From Hyalangium minutum (GTDB taxonomy: Bacteria > Myxococcota > Myxococcia > Myxococcales > Myxococcaceae): a DNA stretch of 248,000 nucleotides. The position numbers and the translations under genes were made by a program. The stretch spans positions 268,001 through 516,000 of the forward strand of contig NZ_JMCB01000002.1 of NCBI RefSeq assembly GCF_000737315.1, in the 5' to 3' direction. A model generated the notes under the pieces. That model saw only the letters and a list, made by a program, of their open reading frames with translations. It was not told where the DNA came from and ran no database searches. Shown one piece after another: positions 115,653 through 127,196 of this stretch (position 1 is its first letter; each line of letters starts with the position of its first letter).

Positions 115653-115890
115653 AACCTGTCTTCTTCCGGATAGACCTGAATTCAATGCTTTAGCTGCTTA
115701 GCTGGGCTTCTTCCCTGGTGACAACTGTTATCGCCATGGTGACGGCACTCACCAGACACAAAAAAGCTGCGGGAGCGCGGCGGGGTGCGTCAAGGAGGGC
115801 GTCATGCGCCGCAACCGGCCGTTCATCCGCCGTTCATCTTTCTCCGACACGTTTTGCCTGTTAACTCAACGCAACAGGGTGGGAGCGCCG

Positions 115891-116511
115891 ATGTCGTGGA
115901 GAGTTGTGGTGCCGTGGTGGTTGATGGCGGTCCTCGTGGGGGCGTGCGCCTCGTCCGCTCCGTCTGAGCGCCCGGTGGGGCCGCCGCCCAAGGTCCTCTT
116001 CCAATCTCCCCTCGCGCTGCTGCTCGAGCACCACACCGAGCTGGAGCTCACCACTGAGCAGTTGATTGAGCTGGACCGGAGGGAAGCCGCCCTTCAGGAG
116101 AAGAACCGGCCCCTGCGCGAGAAGCTCCAGATGGGGCGAGGACGTGATCCGGAGCAGGGAGAGGCTCCACCGCCCGGAGGAGGCATCAGTGGCGGCCGAG
116201 GGGACCCCAGTGGCATGAGGGGGCACGGCATGGGCGGCATGGGCGGCCGTGGCATGGGCGGTAGGGGCGGCAGGGGCAGCGGCATGGGCGGGGGGCCTCG
116301 GCGCGAAGGGGCTCCCGAGGGCGAAGAGGCCCTGAAGCAGCGACAGGCCGTGCTGCGCGAGATGGAGGACAACGAGTCCGCTGCCTACAACGACGCCGAG
116401 CCCCTCCTGAACGAAGAGCAGAAGGCGAAGGCTCGCGAGCTTGTCTCGCGGCAGCGCGAGGAGCGGATCCGCATTCGTGACGAAGGGCCAGCCGGACGGG
116501 CCCGCCCGTGA
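115891..116511 (+). CDS. Spy/CpxP-like lipoprotein with Gly/Arg/Met-rich loop
   Basis: Lipobox VGAC; L.LT.EQ; L.EEQK..A. Confidence 0.65.
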   Translation: MSWRVVVPWWLMAVLVGACASSAPSERPVGPPPKVLFQSPLALLLEHHTELELTTEQLIELDRREAALQEKNRPLREKLQMGRGRDPEQGEAPPPGGGISGGRGDPSGMRGHGMGGMGGRGMGGRGGRGSGMGGGPRREGAPEGEEALKQRQAVLREMEDNESAAYNDAEPLLNEEQKAKARELVSRQREERIRIRDEGPAGRARP

Positions 116512-116552
116512 GGCTGGGAAGTGCCCAGCCTCCGAGGAAGCTCCTGGCCTCC

Positions 116553-117605
116553 TCAGTAATGGATGCGAGCGCTCTGGGCTCGATGGCCCGAGTAGTTCAA
116601 GTCTTCCCGGTCACTCCCGGTGAACTGCAGGTCAGCGGCATCCCCCTCGTTGTAGGTCACCGTGTGGCCATGCGATGAGGTCGCCGCCGCATTGAAGAAG
116701 AGGAAGTCGATGCGGCCTCCCGCCCCGCCCGTCCAGTTGTCCTCCAGGCAGCTCTGGCTCCCGGAGCAGGCTTCGTAGATCGGATCGTTCCAGCCGTAGT
116801 CGATCGTGCTCGCAATGTGGGCGTTCGCTTGCTTGTACCAGTCCTTGTAGCCGTTGCTGCCGGAGTCGCTCTCGTTGGAGTCGACACCCCAGACCATCAG
116901 GTTGGTGCCGCTGATCCCCCGCATCTTCGTGTCCGTGAGCTGGATGTTCTTCTCGGCGCACCCGGGGTCCGAGGCCGGTCCCTCCTGGTTGGTGGGCCAG
117001 TGCGACGAGCCGACGACGACCTTCTTGCCGGTGATGAGGTCCGTGAAGGCCATGCGCACGCCAATGGAGCGCGCCTGGGTGTTCATCACGCACGAGCCGT
117101 TGGCGCCCTTGTAGACCTGCCACGTCGCCTTCGTGCCCGAGATGGGCTGCAGGCGTCCGGTGCGATAGATGATGGCGTTGGTCTGGTAATCCTTCGCGGC
117201 GCCACAGGGGCTGTTCATGGCATCCGGGTTCGCCTCGGCCACGATGGAGGAGTACAGGCCGGGCAGGTTGTCCTCTATGAACTTCGCGAGCGTGGCCGCC
117301 TGGGTGGCGCCACTCATCTGGTGGACGATGAAGACGTCGGGCGAGTACGCCTGCGTCTTCATGTAATAGATGAGGTCCTGCCAGTCCCCCGCGCATTGAT
117401 CGCTGGCGGTCGGCAGGTTCTCGTAGTTCACGTTGTAGACCACCAGGAAGCCGGTGTTCTCGTTCACGCCGATCGCCTGGGGCACCGTGCCCAGCGCGCC
117501 GGACTCCTCCACGCCTTCTGCTTCGACGCCTCCACAGCCCGCCACGCACAGCGAGACCAGCACCAGGACCGCAACCTTGAAGTTCATGGGCACCTTCACC
117601 GCCAT
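116553..117605 (-). CDS. Exported endonuclease/exonuclease/phosphatase-fold protein
   Basis: Lipobox VAGC; YNV, PDVF..HQ, SSH, RIDFLF, YSGH. Confidence 0.65.
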   Translation of the reverse strand: MAVKVPMNFKVAVLVLVSLCVAGCGGVEAEGVEESGALGTVPQAIGVNENTGFLVVYNVNYENLPTASDQCAGDWQDLIYYMKTQAYSPDVFIVHQMSGATQAATLAKFIEDNLPGLYSSIVAEANPDAMNSPCGAAKDYQTNAIIYRTGRLQPISGTKATWQVYKGANGSCVMNTQARSIGVRMAFTDLITGKKVVVGSSHWPTNQEGPASDPGCAEKNIQLTDTKMRGISGTNLMVWGVDSNESDSGSNGYKDWYKQANAHIASTIDYGWNDPIYEACSGSQSCLEDNWTGGAGGRIDFLFFNAAATSSHGHTVTYNEGDAADLQFTGSDREDLNYSGHRAQSARIHY

Positions 117606-117693
117606 TCGAGCTGAGGGATTCAGGCTCGATAGGAAGGAGGGCCGGACCTGGCGCGCATCCCAGGAAAAATGAGAAATCCGTGTGACGCGCTCT

Positions 117694-118125
117694 TCAGTCC
117701 CAGTGCTCGAGCTCAAGCATTGGCGGCAGCGCCCAGGAATGGCGCCTCGCCTCGTAGACAGAGACCGTGGGTGACGGAAAGCTGGGATCGGCGAAGGCAC
117801 CGACGGCAACGGAGATGAAGTCCGGCAAGGTGCTGGGCTCCCAGTACACGGTGGAGCCACACACCGGACAGAAGTGGAGGGTGGCGGAGTTACCGCTGTC
117901 TCCCACCCGCGAGAACGCGGTGGAGCGCCCTTCGATGGCAGAGACGTCCTGTCGGCGGAACCGGGCTTGCGTCCCGAAGACGCTCCCGGTCCTTCGCTGA
118001 CACTCCAGGCAGTGGCATATCGACACCCGGACGGGCTCGCCCGTGCACACCACCCGCAACTGGCCACAACTACAGGATGCTCGACGCAAGGGCGTCCTCT
118101 TTCTATAGGGAGGTGCGCAGAGCAT
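117694..118125 (-). CDS. GFA (CENP-V) family protein; start uncertain
   Basis: CSCG, CHCLECQRRTG, FCPVCGS. Confidence 0.88.
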   Translation of the reverse strand: MLCAPPYRKRTPLRRASCSCGQLRVVCTGEPVRVSICHCLECQRRTGSVFGTQARFRRQDVSAIEGRSTAFSRVGDSGNSATLHFCPVCGSTVYWEPSTLPDFISVAVGAFADPSFPSPTVSVYEARRHSWALPPMLELEHWD

Positions 118126-118162
118126 CAGAGCTTGCTTAGCCCCACCGCTCAAGGAGGTTCGC

Positions 118163-118954
118163 ATGCCGAAAACGATGACGCTGTCCCAGGTGATGAAGCA
118201 GCTCGAGGGGCAGGGCGACGAGAAGGTGCGCCAGCGCTACGTGCGCGATGGCGCAGGGGACAACGTTTTCGGCGTGCTGCTCGGCAAGATCCGTGGCCTC
118301 GCAGAGGCGCTCGGGACGAACCACGGGCTCGGCCTGGAGCTGTGGGCGACGGGCAACCACGAGGCGCGCATCCTCGCGTGCATGCTGCTCGATCCCGCGG
118401 CGCTCACCGAGAAGGAGGCGCGCGCGCTCCTCGAGCCGCTCTCGAATCAGACCCTGGTCGACGAGCTCGTCGGACGCGTGCTCGTGCATGCGCCCATCGC
118501 CGAGGCGCTGCAGGTGCGGTGGATGGATGGCAGCAAGGAACTTCCCCGCCGCGCTGGGTGGAAGCTCCTCGCCGGGCGCATCGCGCGCGGGCTCGCGAAG
118601 GACCTCGATGTCCGCGCGACGCTCGCGCGCATCGAGCATGAGTTGCCACCCGCCCCGTACCGGGTGAAGGAGGGCATCAACTTCTGCCTCGTCTGGATCG
118701 GCCTCCACCTGCCCGCGTACACGCAGGAGGCCATTGCCATCGGCGAGCGCCTCGGACGGTGGGACCCGCGACCGATCCCGAAGGGCTGCACGTCGAGCTA
118801 TGCGCCGGAGTGGATCGCGGCGTCACTCGCGCTGCGTCGAGGCGAGAAGACCGAGGCACGAAAGGCGATGGATGCGGCCGCAAAGGCGAAGGCCACTCCG
118901 GCCAGGAAGAAGAGCGCTGGGAAGAGGCCTCCTGCCAAGAAGAGGGCGCGCTGA
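118163..118954 (+). CDS. DNA alkylation repair (AlkD-like HEAT) protein
   Basis: FGV..G.IR, LW.TG..EAR, GC.S.YAPEWI. Confidence 0.8.
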   Translation: MPKTMTLSQVMKQLEGQGDEKVRQRYVRDGAGDNVFGVLLGKIRGLAEALGTNHGLGLELWATGNHEARILACMLLDPAALTEKEARALLEPLSNQTLVDELVGRVLVHAPIAEALQVRWMDGSKELPRRAGWKLLAGRIARGLAKDLDVRATLARIEHELPPAPYRVKEGINFCLVWIGLHLPAYTQEAIAIGERLGRWDPRPIPKGCTSSYAPEWIAASLALRRGEKTEARKAMDAAAKAKATPARKKSAGKRPPAKKRAR

Positions 118955-119029
118955 CATCGCGCGCTCTTGGGCCGGCTCTTGCCTCGCCGCTGCCCAAGGC
119001 GGGGGGAGCTCAGGCTGCGAAACACCCCG

Positions 119030-119854
119030 TCAAAGGCTCTTGAAGTGCTTTTGGAGCCATGGACAGAGCAGCATCACCGCCACCCAAGCCAGCGCGAGCA
119101 GCACCAGGCCTCCCGTGCTGCCCGAGGTGCTGCATCCACCCCAGGGTGATTCGCGCACGCAGCGCTGCTCGAGGGTGACCGGGACGGGCTCGGATCTGTT
119201 GCCGGCGAGATCCACCGCGGTGAGCGTGCCCCGAATCGTGCGATTCGCGGCGGGACACGAGAACGCCAGACTTGCCTCGGCGGGGAGCCCTGCGGCCAGG
119301 AGCGTGTCACCCTCGTGGAGAAGGTACGTGACCGCACCCGCGCTGCTGGCAGTGAGCCGGGCGAAGCCGGTTTCCACGAAGCACTCCGCGCCGCTTGCTT
119401 CCTCTTGCGGAACATAAGGGAGGATCTTCCCCACCGTGACAGACGGAGCCGCAGGCGCGGTCCCATCTTCGGAACTCCCGGTGGTGAAGGAGGTGAGGGT
119501 GATGGGGCCGCCCCCTTGCTGGAGCAACTCGATCCGGTAGCGGGAGTTCGCCGCGAGGGGCGACTCCGGGATGAGCTCGGCGTTCTCGTGAGTGCCATCT
119601 CCTGGCTTCCAGGAGAGCGTGAAGGGCACATTCTCCACGGAGCCATTCGGGCCCTCGCGCAGCCAGGCGAACGAGCGGGTTGCGCTCTTGAAGGTCAACA
119701 GGCTCACGTGAGCATTGAGTGGGACCTCGGTCTGCTGCTGCTTGGGAACGACGTGGTACCAGAGCGCGATGTCACACGCCCAGGACGGGCCCGCGGCTCC
119801 GAGGAACCCCGCCAGGGCGATGCCCCAGGCCCAGCTTGCTGAAATCCGCTTCAT
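119030..119854 (-). CDS. Ig-like exported protein with MYXO-CTERM-like tail
   Basis: Signal peptide; FTTG..D.TAP; VDLAGNRS; GGC..TM. Confidence 0.65.
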   Translation of the reverse strand: MKRISASWAWGIALAGFLGAAGPSWACDIALWYHVVPKQQQTEVPLNAHVSLLTFKSATRSFAWLREGPNGSVENVPFTLSWKPGDGTHENAELIPESPLAANSRYRIELLQQGGGPITLTSFTTGSSEDGTAPAAPSVTVGKILPYVPQEEASGAECFVETGFARLTASSAGAVTYLLHEGDTLLAAGLPAEASLAFSCPAANRTIRGTLTAVDLAGNRSEPVPVTLEQRCVRESPWGGCSTSGSTGGLVLLALAWVAVMLLCPWLQKHFKSL

Positions 119855-120580
119855 GTATGGCTGCCTCCCGCGCCAGCAGTCAGCAATCGCTGTGCCGCAC
119901 CGCAAAGGGCGGGAGTTCCCAGGCGCCGCCTCGCTCCATCCACGGGGAGTGAGGCTCCAGCTCTCAGAAAAGTGAGGCGGTGCCCCTGGCCCCTGTCCGT
120001 TCCAGCTCCTCCGCCACCTCCGCTGTACTGTGCTCCAGCCGCGTCCTGCACTTACCGCAACAGCAACGCGCAGAACCCCCCATCACCTACAACCCCCACG
120101 GTGAACCAGGCCACAGAGTTCCCAACACTACCGCTGTGGAGTTCCCGCAGGGGGTGCAGCCCTGAATCGACGAGCCGCGCCGCGGCCGCCGCACGGCCTC
120201 CGGGAGGGACTTACGCAACAGCGTCAGCGCCGCCAGCAGCGCCGCGCCCAGCGTGACCAGCACGCCGTACGAGCCTGTCGAGGCGACCGCCGCGGCGACG
120301 ACGCCCACGAGCAGCTCTTGGACCTGAGGACGAGCTACCTCAAGGCATTGAGTGCCGATCCTTGCCACTTTGCGCTGGAAGGTGGCTCCACGTCCCAGCG
120401 TCAATGGCGCCGATGCTCAACCGCTCCGAGGTCGAATCCGCTCTCTCTCAGTTCCTCCCCTTCGAGCACACTGAGCTCCGATGGAGTGAACTTGATGGCG
120501 TTGTGGACGAGGTGGTCCAGACCTGATTCAGCAGGTCCTCGTCTGCGGTCTGGACCACTTCGTCGAGGCCCGCCTCGATT

Positions 120581-121369
120581 TCAGTACACCTGGTACCCAT
120601 TCAGGAACAGGTCTACCTGCAGGAGATAGGAGTCCTCACCTGCATGCGCGTAAGAGTCCCAGTAGTAGAATGTGCCGTCGTTGTTCGGTTGGATGCCGAG
120701 GGAATGAGCCGTGGTCGTAGCCTGGTCATCCCATCCCCAATCCCAGTTATAGTAGCTGCCGTTTATCTGCTGAGCCCAAGGATTGTAATAGGACGCTGTA
120801 CAAGAGTTAACGTACCAATGCGTATCAACGGGATAGGGCTGGCCCGTTCCATTGTAGGGCGTGCAGTTTCCATACACATTGCTGATCCCAATCGACCCGT
120901 CGGTATAGACATACCAGAGCACATAGTTCAGAGTCGTGGCGAGATCGATCTGGGGAAGGTCCTCTGTGATGATCTTGCCCTCTGCATACCAATAGCCAGG
121001 GCTGATGGCATTCGGCGTGTAGTCCGGCACCTTTCTCCCAGTCTGGCCCTTCAACCACTCACTCGGAACCTCTTTCTTGGTGGCCTTGTAGGTTCTTGTC
121101 TTGAGATCGATTTCGAGGTGGTAATAGAGGGGAGAATCTCCGATCCGAAAGATGCCTCTCGTCTCGATGCGCGCGCCATCCTCCTCAATCGACGCATGCA
121201 GGGAGGCGTTGAGCTGTTCGCTCTGAGGGTTTGCCTTCAGTTCGAACCGACTGCCTTTCTGGGGGAGCCCTTCAAGGGACTCCCTGCTGGTACTGGATGG
121301 CTCCGCTCCTGCGAGTGCTCCCATCAGGCCATAGGCTGCGGCAAGACCGATGCTCCAGCGCTTCATCAT
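120581..121369 (-). CDS. Exported hypothetical protein in a lower-GC patch
   Basis: Signal peptide; aromatic-rich C-terminus; visibly AT-richer DNA. Confidence 0.6.
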   Translation of the reverse strand: MMKRWSIGLAAAYGLMGALAGAEPSSTSRESLEGLPQKGSRFELKANPQSEQLNASLHASIEEDGARIETRGIFRIGDSPLYYHLEIDLKTRTYKATKKEVPSEWLKGQTGRKVPDYTPNAISPGYWYAEGKIITEDLPQIDLATTLNYVLWYVYTDGSIGISNVYGNCTPYNGTGQPYPVDTHWYVNSCTASYYNPWAQQINGSYYNWDWGWDDQATTTAHSLGIQPNNDGTFYYWDSYAHAGEDSYLLQVDLFLNGYQVY

Positions 121370-121725
121370 GATCCTCCTTGGAAAATTCGTCGGATTGATT
121401 TGCGGACCACATGAGAGGTGTTTGGCTTGTCCCCGAGGCTGCTTTCGCGAAGCCAGGAAAAACTCTCTCACATGGATAGAGACTCTGAGAAGGAAAATGA
121501 TGCGAAAGAAGAGAAGTGGATAATGATCCAGCAATTCTGATCTGGTTGGAAACAAGCCATGAAAGTGTCACGCCGAGGACCGCTGAGGCATCCCTCAAAT
121601 AGTCCCAACACTTCGCGAAAGACGGGTTGCGCTGAGACGAGTTGAGCGAAGCGCTCCTTGTAAGGACGCCGGCGATGCTCGGGCATGTAGGGGATGGCCT
121701 GTGGGCGGGAGAGCTGGCCCCCGCT

Positions 121726-124182
121726 TTATGGGGCGGGACTCTGGTGGCGCTCCCAGGAGAGCATCCACGCTGGCAGCGCGAACAGCGCCGCGCTGATGCA
121801 GGTGAGCTCTCCCAGGGATGCCAGCAGCCCGAATCCCGCCAGCGCCTGGTTGTCCGCCGCCAGCAGGGATGCGTAGCCCATCATGGTGGTGCACGAGCAG
121901 AGCACGACGGCTCTGCCCGTTCCCCGGAGGATGCGCGGCAGCGAGCCGGGGCCCTCGAGCTGCCAGCGCTGGACGATGTTCACCGCGTAGTCCACGCCGA
122001 TGCCGAAGGTGATCGGGAGCACGACGAAGTTGAGGAAGTTCACCCGGGTCTGCGCCGCCGCCGCGAGCCCGACCAGCCACGCCACCCCCAGCAGCAGCCC
122101 GAAGAGCACCAGGAGCGTGGGCTTCACGCGGCGGAACACGAGGATGACCAGCAGGGTCACCGCGCCGAGCGCGAGGCCTGTCGCCCTGGGCCCATCCCGC
122201 GTGATGGCGGCCGCGATATCCGCGAAGAGCAGCGACTCGCTGACGGCCTCGGCCCGCGCCCCCGACTCCTGGATGGCCCCGCGCACCAACTGGGTGATCT
122301 CATGGAGGCTCTTGGAGTCCAGCGTGCCCACCTTGCGCGGGAAGGCGAGCGCCACCCGTCCCTCCGTGCCGTCCCTCTCCGTGAGGGCCCACAGGATGGC
122401 CCTCGGTAGATCCCGCAGCGTCACGGGCCGCACGTCCTCGGGCGGCCGGAGCTGCTCCACCTTCTGACGCTGCTGCGCGGGCAGTTGCTCCAGGCGCGCA
122501 TCGGTCAGCTCGGCCCGTAGCTCCTGGATCAGCGGGAGCTTCTCCTCCTGCCCGGAGGGAAGGACCGTCTTGAGCGTCCTCACCTCGCGCAGGGGATCCT
122601 TCGCGCCCAGCGTCGCCCGGCGTTTTTCCAGTGCCGCCACCACCTTGTCTAGATCCGCCGGTGTCTCGCCGATGATCACCACGGGCGTGAGATAGACCCG
122701 GAAGATCTCATCGATCCGTTGGCCCCAGTAGAGGGAGCCATGGAGGAGGCTTTGCCGCGAGCGCAGCCGGGTGATGTTGTACTCGATGAGCTCGCCCCGG
122801 TAGTTCAGCACCGCGGCTCCACTCAGCCCAAGCAGGACGAGCGACAGCCCCTGCAGCAACCCCCGTCGGCGGACTACCACGTGGCTCACCCAGCGTGACA
122901 GCGGTGCCCGGGGACTCTCGGAGACGTCTGCGGGCCTCCACGCCTCCATGGTGAACAGGAGCGGGGGGAGCAGCAGCGCCGCCGAGACCCAGCAGGCCGC
123001 CATGCCCACCGACCCGATGACGCCGAACTGGTTGAAGCCACGGAAGGCCGTCGCCGCGAGCGACAGGTACGCCAGGCCCGCCGCGAACGACGCTACGAAG
123101 GTTGCCGCCAGCGTGCCACGCCAAGCCCTCTGGAGGGACTGCTCCACGTCGCCTCCCGCCCTGCGCTCCTCCAGGTAGCGCGCGGAGATGATGATGGCGG
123201 CGTTGATGCCATTGCCCACGACGATGGAGCCCAGGAAGGCCGTGTTCGTGTTGAGGTGGCCCACCAGGAAGTAGGACGCTCCGAAGGTGACGGCGCAGCC
123301 CACCGCGAGCGAGCTGACGATGGCCATGATGGTGGGCCAGTGACGGAAGAAGAGCCACAGTGCCGCGAGCACGCACACCAGCACCATCACGGTGGAGGAC
123401 ACCAGGTCCTCCTGGAGCGCCTCTTGCTCCTCCACCAGCGAGGCCACCTCCCCGTCGTAGCCCACGCGCATCGTGGGATCGAAAGAGGGCGGGTCTAGCG
123501 CCTGCACCTCCTGGCGGACCCGGTCGAGGAGCTTCTTGTTGGAGGCATAGCCCGTGGCGAGCTCGGGCGGCCGGAGGAGCAGCGCCAGCAGATGGCCCTC
123601 GGGCGTCTGGTAGTAGCCGTCGCGGAAGTGCGAGGCCGCATCCCATTGCGCGCCGTACTTCTGCTCCAGGCTGCTGAAGTCCAGCGGTGGCGGCTCCTGG
123701 TCGGTGCCCAGCAGGTCCACCAGCAGCGGATTGGCGTGGCGCCGCTCCCAGGCCACGCGGTTCTGGAGTTGCTCCAGCACCGTGCGCAGGTCCTCCGTGT
123801 CCACGTAGAACAGCCCGAAGCGCTTCAGGAACGCCACGTCGGCATCCGTGCGGTACTCCACGGCTTCGAGCTCATCGCGAGGCAGCATCTTGAGCCGCGC
123901 GGCAAGCGCCTCCGCGAAGCGTTGCAAGGCGTGGGGATCCTGGCCCTCCAGCACCACCGACAGGAGGGTCACGTCGTGCAGCTTGGAGCCCCAGCGCTTG
124001 GCCGCGACCACGCTCGGTGCATCCGAGGGCAAGAGCTCTTCCACCTCGCTGCGCAGATCGCGGTACAGCAGCACCGAGAAGCAGGTACCCAAAAGGCCGA
124101 GCAGGGCTGCGGCCGCGAGCACGCCGTGGCGGTGGCGGATCAGCCAGGGCACCAGTGTTCGTGAGAGGCGCTCGACAGGCAT
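121726..124182 (-). CDS. MMPL/RND family transporter
   Basis: Duplicated TM blocks; GNGIN..II..ARY; GIGVDY..NI..R. Confidence 0.88.
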   Translation of the reverse strand: MPVERLSRTLVPWLIRHRHGVLAAAALLGLLGTCFSVLLYRDLRSEVEELLPSDAPSVVAAKRWGSKLHDVTLLSVVLEGQDPHALQRFAEALAARLKMLPRDELEAVEYRTDADVAFLKRFGLFYVDTEDLRTVLEQLQNRVAWERRHANPLLVDLLGTDQEPPPLDFSSLEQKYGAQWDAASHFRDGYYQTPEGHLLALLLRPPELATGYASNKKLLDRVRQEVQALDPPSFDPTMRVGYDGEVASLVEEQEALQEDLVSSTVMVLVCVLAALWLFFRHWPTIMAIVSSLAVGCAVTFGASYFLVGHLNTNTAFLGSIVVGNGINAAIIISARYLEERRAGGDVEQSLQRAWRGTLAATFVASFAAGLAYLSLAATAFRGFNQFGVIGSVGMAACWVSAALLLPPLLFTMEAWRPADVSESPRAPLSRWVSHVVVRRRGLLQGLSLVLLGLSGAAVLNYRGELIEYNITRLRSRQSLLHGSLYWGQRIDEIFRVYLTPVVIIGETPADLDKVVAALEKRRATLGAKDPLREVRTLKTVLPSGQEEKLPLIQELRAELTDARLEQLPAQQRQKVEQLRPPEDVRPVTLRDLPRAILWALTERDGTEGRVALAFPRKVGTLDSKSLHEITQLVRGAIQESGARAEAVSESLLFADIAAAITRDGPRATGLALGAVTLLVILVFRRVKPTLLVLFGLLLGVAWLVGLAAAAQTRVNFLNFVVLPITFGIGVDYAVNIVQRWQLEGPGSLPRILRGTGRAVVLCSCTTMMGYASLLAADNQALAGFGLLASLGELTCISAALFALPAWMLSWERHQSPAP

Positions 124183-124455
124183 CTCCCGCCCCGCGCCAGT
124201 TGCTTGCTGGCCATGCCGGCCCTGTTGAGTCTGTTCCCCTCCCGGCTCAGCAGCCACCGGCGCTCCGCATGGGCGCTGGAGGCACTTGCCGCGCCTCCCT
124301 GGGGAGTACAGGGGAAACGTGCATGGTCTGTTACCCACTCCGGTCGCCGGAGAGGCTCGGAGTATGGGCCTGGCGGCAGGCACCGGCGATTGCCCGTGGG
124401 GTGGAGAGGCCGTTGCTTGTTGGACGGGGCGTCAGAGAAGGCTTGGCGGCTCAGG

Positions 124456-126312
124456 CTATGGAGGCTCGGCCGGGAACAGCTGGGCGCGCAGCGTCTCCGT
124501 CTTGCGGCGGCGGTGCGCGTTGCCATCATCCAGCAGGGTGGCCAGCGAGTATTGCCGGAGCGCGGGTTCGCGCTTGCCCTCCCGGAGCAAGGTGTCGCCG
124601 CGGGCGTCGGCCAGCTCCGCCAGCCGCTTCCGCGCGGCCCTGTCCGGAAGCTCCTTGCGCGGCTTGTACGCCGTGACACAGCGCCAGCGCTTGAGCGCCC
124701 GCGGCGCCTGGTCCTCGCGGATCTCCTGCTCGAAGCGCTGAATGAGTGCCTCGAGGCCCAGGGCCAGGGTGGTCGCCTTGCCCTCGGGACAGCGCGGATC
124801 TTCCGTCGCGCTCAGCCCGTTGAGCATGAAGAAGGAGCCGCCGATGGGGTGGAACTCGGCCATCAGTTTCTGGAGGTTGACGAAGTAGCCACTCGGACCG
124901 TGCAGGTCCATGAGGATAGGAGGCCCCTCCGAGACCAGGTAGTCCTCCATCGCGCCCAGCCGCAGCCGGTGCCGCGCCACCGCGTAGTCCGCCAGTCCGG
125001 CCAGATCGATGATCTCCGCGTTGCGCATCACCATGGCCAGCCCGCCCAGGTCCGGGTACGCCACCAGCGGCCGCAGCTGCCCGAGCTGCCGCGTGGTGGC
125101 CCGCACCTGCTCGGCGAGGCCCGCGATGAACGTGTACGGCAGCTCCGGCGCGGCCTTCACCTGCGGAGATCGCTCGAGGCTCTCGCGCGCCACGCGGTTT
125201 CCCGGGATGAGCACCAGCGCCACCGCCAGGAGCCGCAGCGTGCGCGCCGGCCACACCGCGCCCCGGTTCGCGATGCGCGCGCTCCACTCGCGCAGTCCGG
125301 AGATTCCCGTGGCCACCGCCACGCCCAGCAGCGGCACCAGCGGCGCGATGAAGCGCCACTCGCGCATCCAGTCGCCCTTCGCTCGCCACACGAAGAAGAC
125401 GCCACAGCCCACGAAGAGGCAGGTGAGCGCGGTTCGGCGCACCTCGTCCCGGCCGCCGGACAGCCCCAGCACCGCGCACACCACCGCGAGCTTGCACAGC
125501 GGCCCATACGTGAGCGCGAAGGTCTCCAGGTACTGCCCCACCTGAAAGTCCATCGTGCTCTTGGCGTAGTACGTGTTGGGCAGCAGGTCCGCGAAGAGGC
125601 TCCAGCGCACCACGAGCCAGCCGCCCACCAGCGCCACCAGCCACGCGCCGATGCGCCACTCCTGCCGCCCAGGCCAGCGCCGCTCCAGGCCCCGGCTCAC
125701 CACCCAGAGCACCGCCGAGGCCCCGGCGAAGAGCACGCCCTCGGGCCGCGTGAGGCAGAGCAGCCCCAGCGCCCAGCCCGCATGCGCCGAGCGCCCCGTG
125801 CGCAGCTCCTTCAGCACGAAGAGCCCGGAGATCGCCAGCAGGAAGGCCTCCAGCCCCGTCTCCATGCCGCTGGAGATCCAATACGCATAGGTAGGGTTCA
125901 TCGCCGCCACGAGCGGCCCCAGTGCATCCTCCACTCGCAAATCCCTGCCGCGTGCGGCCGGTCCCCAATAGGAGAAGGCGGGCAGCGCGAGGACTCCGAA
126001 GATGATGCCCAACACGTGTGTGTAGGAGACCGGGTCTCGCCCCAGCGGCCGGCTCAGCCCCAGCAGCAGGGTCCACAGTGGGTTGGAGAAGCCCTCCACG
126101 GGCTGGGAGAACGGGGTGATGCGCAGGCCGTGTCCCGCGAACAGGGTCTGGCTGTAGGCCAGCGAGATGGCCGCATCATCCACGATGGGCACGGCCAGGT
126201 AGCGGCAGTGGTAGGCCAGTCCCACCGTGGCCGCGAGCACGAGCCCCACCGTGAACCAGGGCTCGAGCCGCGCCACACGTAGGGACCATGGCGAGAGGCC
126301 GGGCGAGGACAT
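124456..126312 (-). CDS. GT-C-fold membrane glycosyltransferase-like protein
   Basis: [29 protein letters not shown]. Confidence 0.75.
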   Translation of the reverse strand: MSSPGLSPWSLRVARLEPWFTVGLVLAATVGLAYHCRYLAVPIVDDAAISLAYSQTLFAGHGLRITPFSQPVEGFSNPLWTLLLGLSRPLGRDPVSYTHVLGIIFGVLALPAFSYWGPAARGRDLRVEDALGPLVAAMNPTYAYWISSGMETGLEAFLLAISGLFVLKELRTGRSAHAGWALGLLCLTRPEGVLFAGASAVLWVVSRGLERRWPGRQEWRIGAWLVALVGGWLVVRWSLFADLLPNTYYAKSTMDFQVGQYLETFALTYGPLCKLAVVCAVLGLSGGRDEVRRTALTCLFVGCGVFFVWRAKGDWMREWRFIAPLVPLLGVAVATGISGLREWSARIANRGAVWPARTLRLLAVALVLIPGNRVARESLERSPQVKAAPELPYTFIAGLAEQVRATTRQLGQLRPLVAYPDLGGLAMVMRNAEIIDLAGLADYAVARHRLRLGAMEDYLVSEGPPILMDLHGPSGYFVNLQKLMAEFHPIGGSFFMLNGLSATEDPRCPEGKATTLALGLEALIQRFEQEIREDQAPRALKRWRCVTAYKPRKELPDRAARKRLAELADARGDTLLREGKREPALRQYSLATLLDDGNAHRRRKTETLRAQLFPAEPP

Positions 126313-126403
126313 GCCCGTGTGCCTCTATGACAGCCGAGGCGGGGAATCCAGCCTGCTCGGGAGCCCGCCAGGACGCCCAGGAAGGTGGTATGCCCAGAGG
126401 CCT

Positions 126404-127195
126404 ATGACTTCTCCCGTGGCTCTCATCACTGGCGGCTCGCGAGGCGTGGGCCGGAGTGTCTCCCTGCGGCTGGCCCAGGCCGGTTATGACATCGTCTCCA
126501 CCTACCGGCGCGATGCCGAGGCCGCCGCGTCGCTGGCCCGGGAAGTCGAGGCGCTCGGCCGCCGCTGCCGCACCGTCGTTGCCGACCAGCTGGAGCCCGC
126601 CAGCCTCCACTCCGCGTTCGACACCGTTCAGCAGGAGTTCGGCGGGTTGGATGTCTTCGTGGCCAACGCGGCCTCCACCGCCTTCGTGCCGCTGATGCAG
126701 ATGAAGCTCCACCAAATGGACAAGACGTTCAACGTCACGGTGAAGAGCTTCGTGCTCGGCGTGCAGCGCGCCGTGCCGCTCATGGAGGGCCGCCGGGGCC
126801 GCATCGTCGCGGTGTCCGGCATGGACTCGCGCACGCCGCTGCCCTTCCACGGGCTTTTGGGCGCCATGAAGGGCTCCATGGAGATTCTGGTGAAGTACTT
126901 CGCCGCCGAGCTGGCCGGCACCGGCATTCGCGTCAACGCCGTGAACCCGGGCTACATCGACACGGACTCCAGCCGCTTCTACATGGGCGACTCCTGGAAT
127001 GCCCTGGAGGCCCGTATCAAGGAGACCGTGCCGGTGGGCAACATCGCCAGCCCGGACGAGATTGCCCGCCCCATCGAGTGGCTCTGCTCCGAGGCCTCCT
127101 CCTACATCAACGGCCAGACGATCGTCGTGGATGGGGGGCTCGAGGTGAACTACGGGATGAACATGGCCGTCCAGCTCTCCCAGCCGACCCGGTGA
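126404..127195 (+). CDS. SDR, enoyl-ACP reductase (FabL)-like
   Basis: [20 protein letters not shown]. Confidence 0.75.
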   Translation: MTSPVALITGGSRGVGRSVSLRLAQAGYDIVSTYRRDAEAAASLAREVEALGRRCRTVVADQLEPASLHSAFDTVQQEFGGLDVFVANAASTAFVPLMQMKLHQMDKTFNVTVKSFVLGVQRAVPLMEGRRGRIVAVSGMDSRTPLPFHGLLGAMKGSMEILVKYFAAELAGTGIRVNAVNPGYIDTDSSRFYMGDSWNALEARIKETVPVGNIASPDEIARPIEWLCSEASSYINGQTIVVDGGLEVNYGMNMAVQLSQPTR

Positions 127196-127196
127196 C

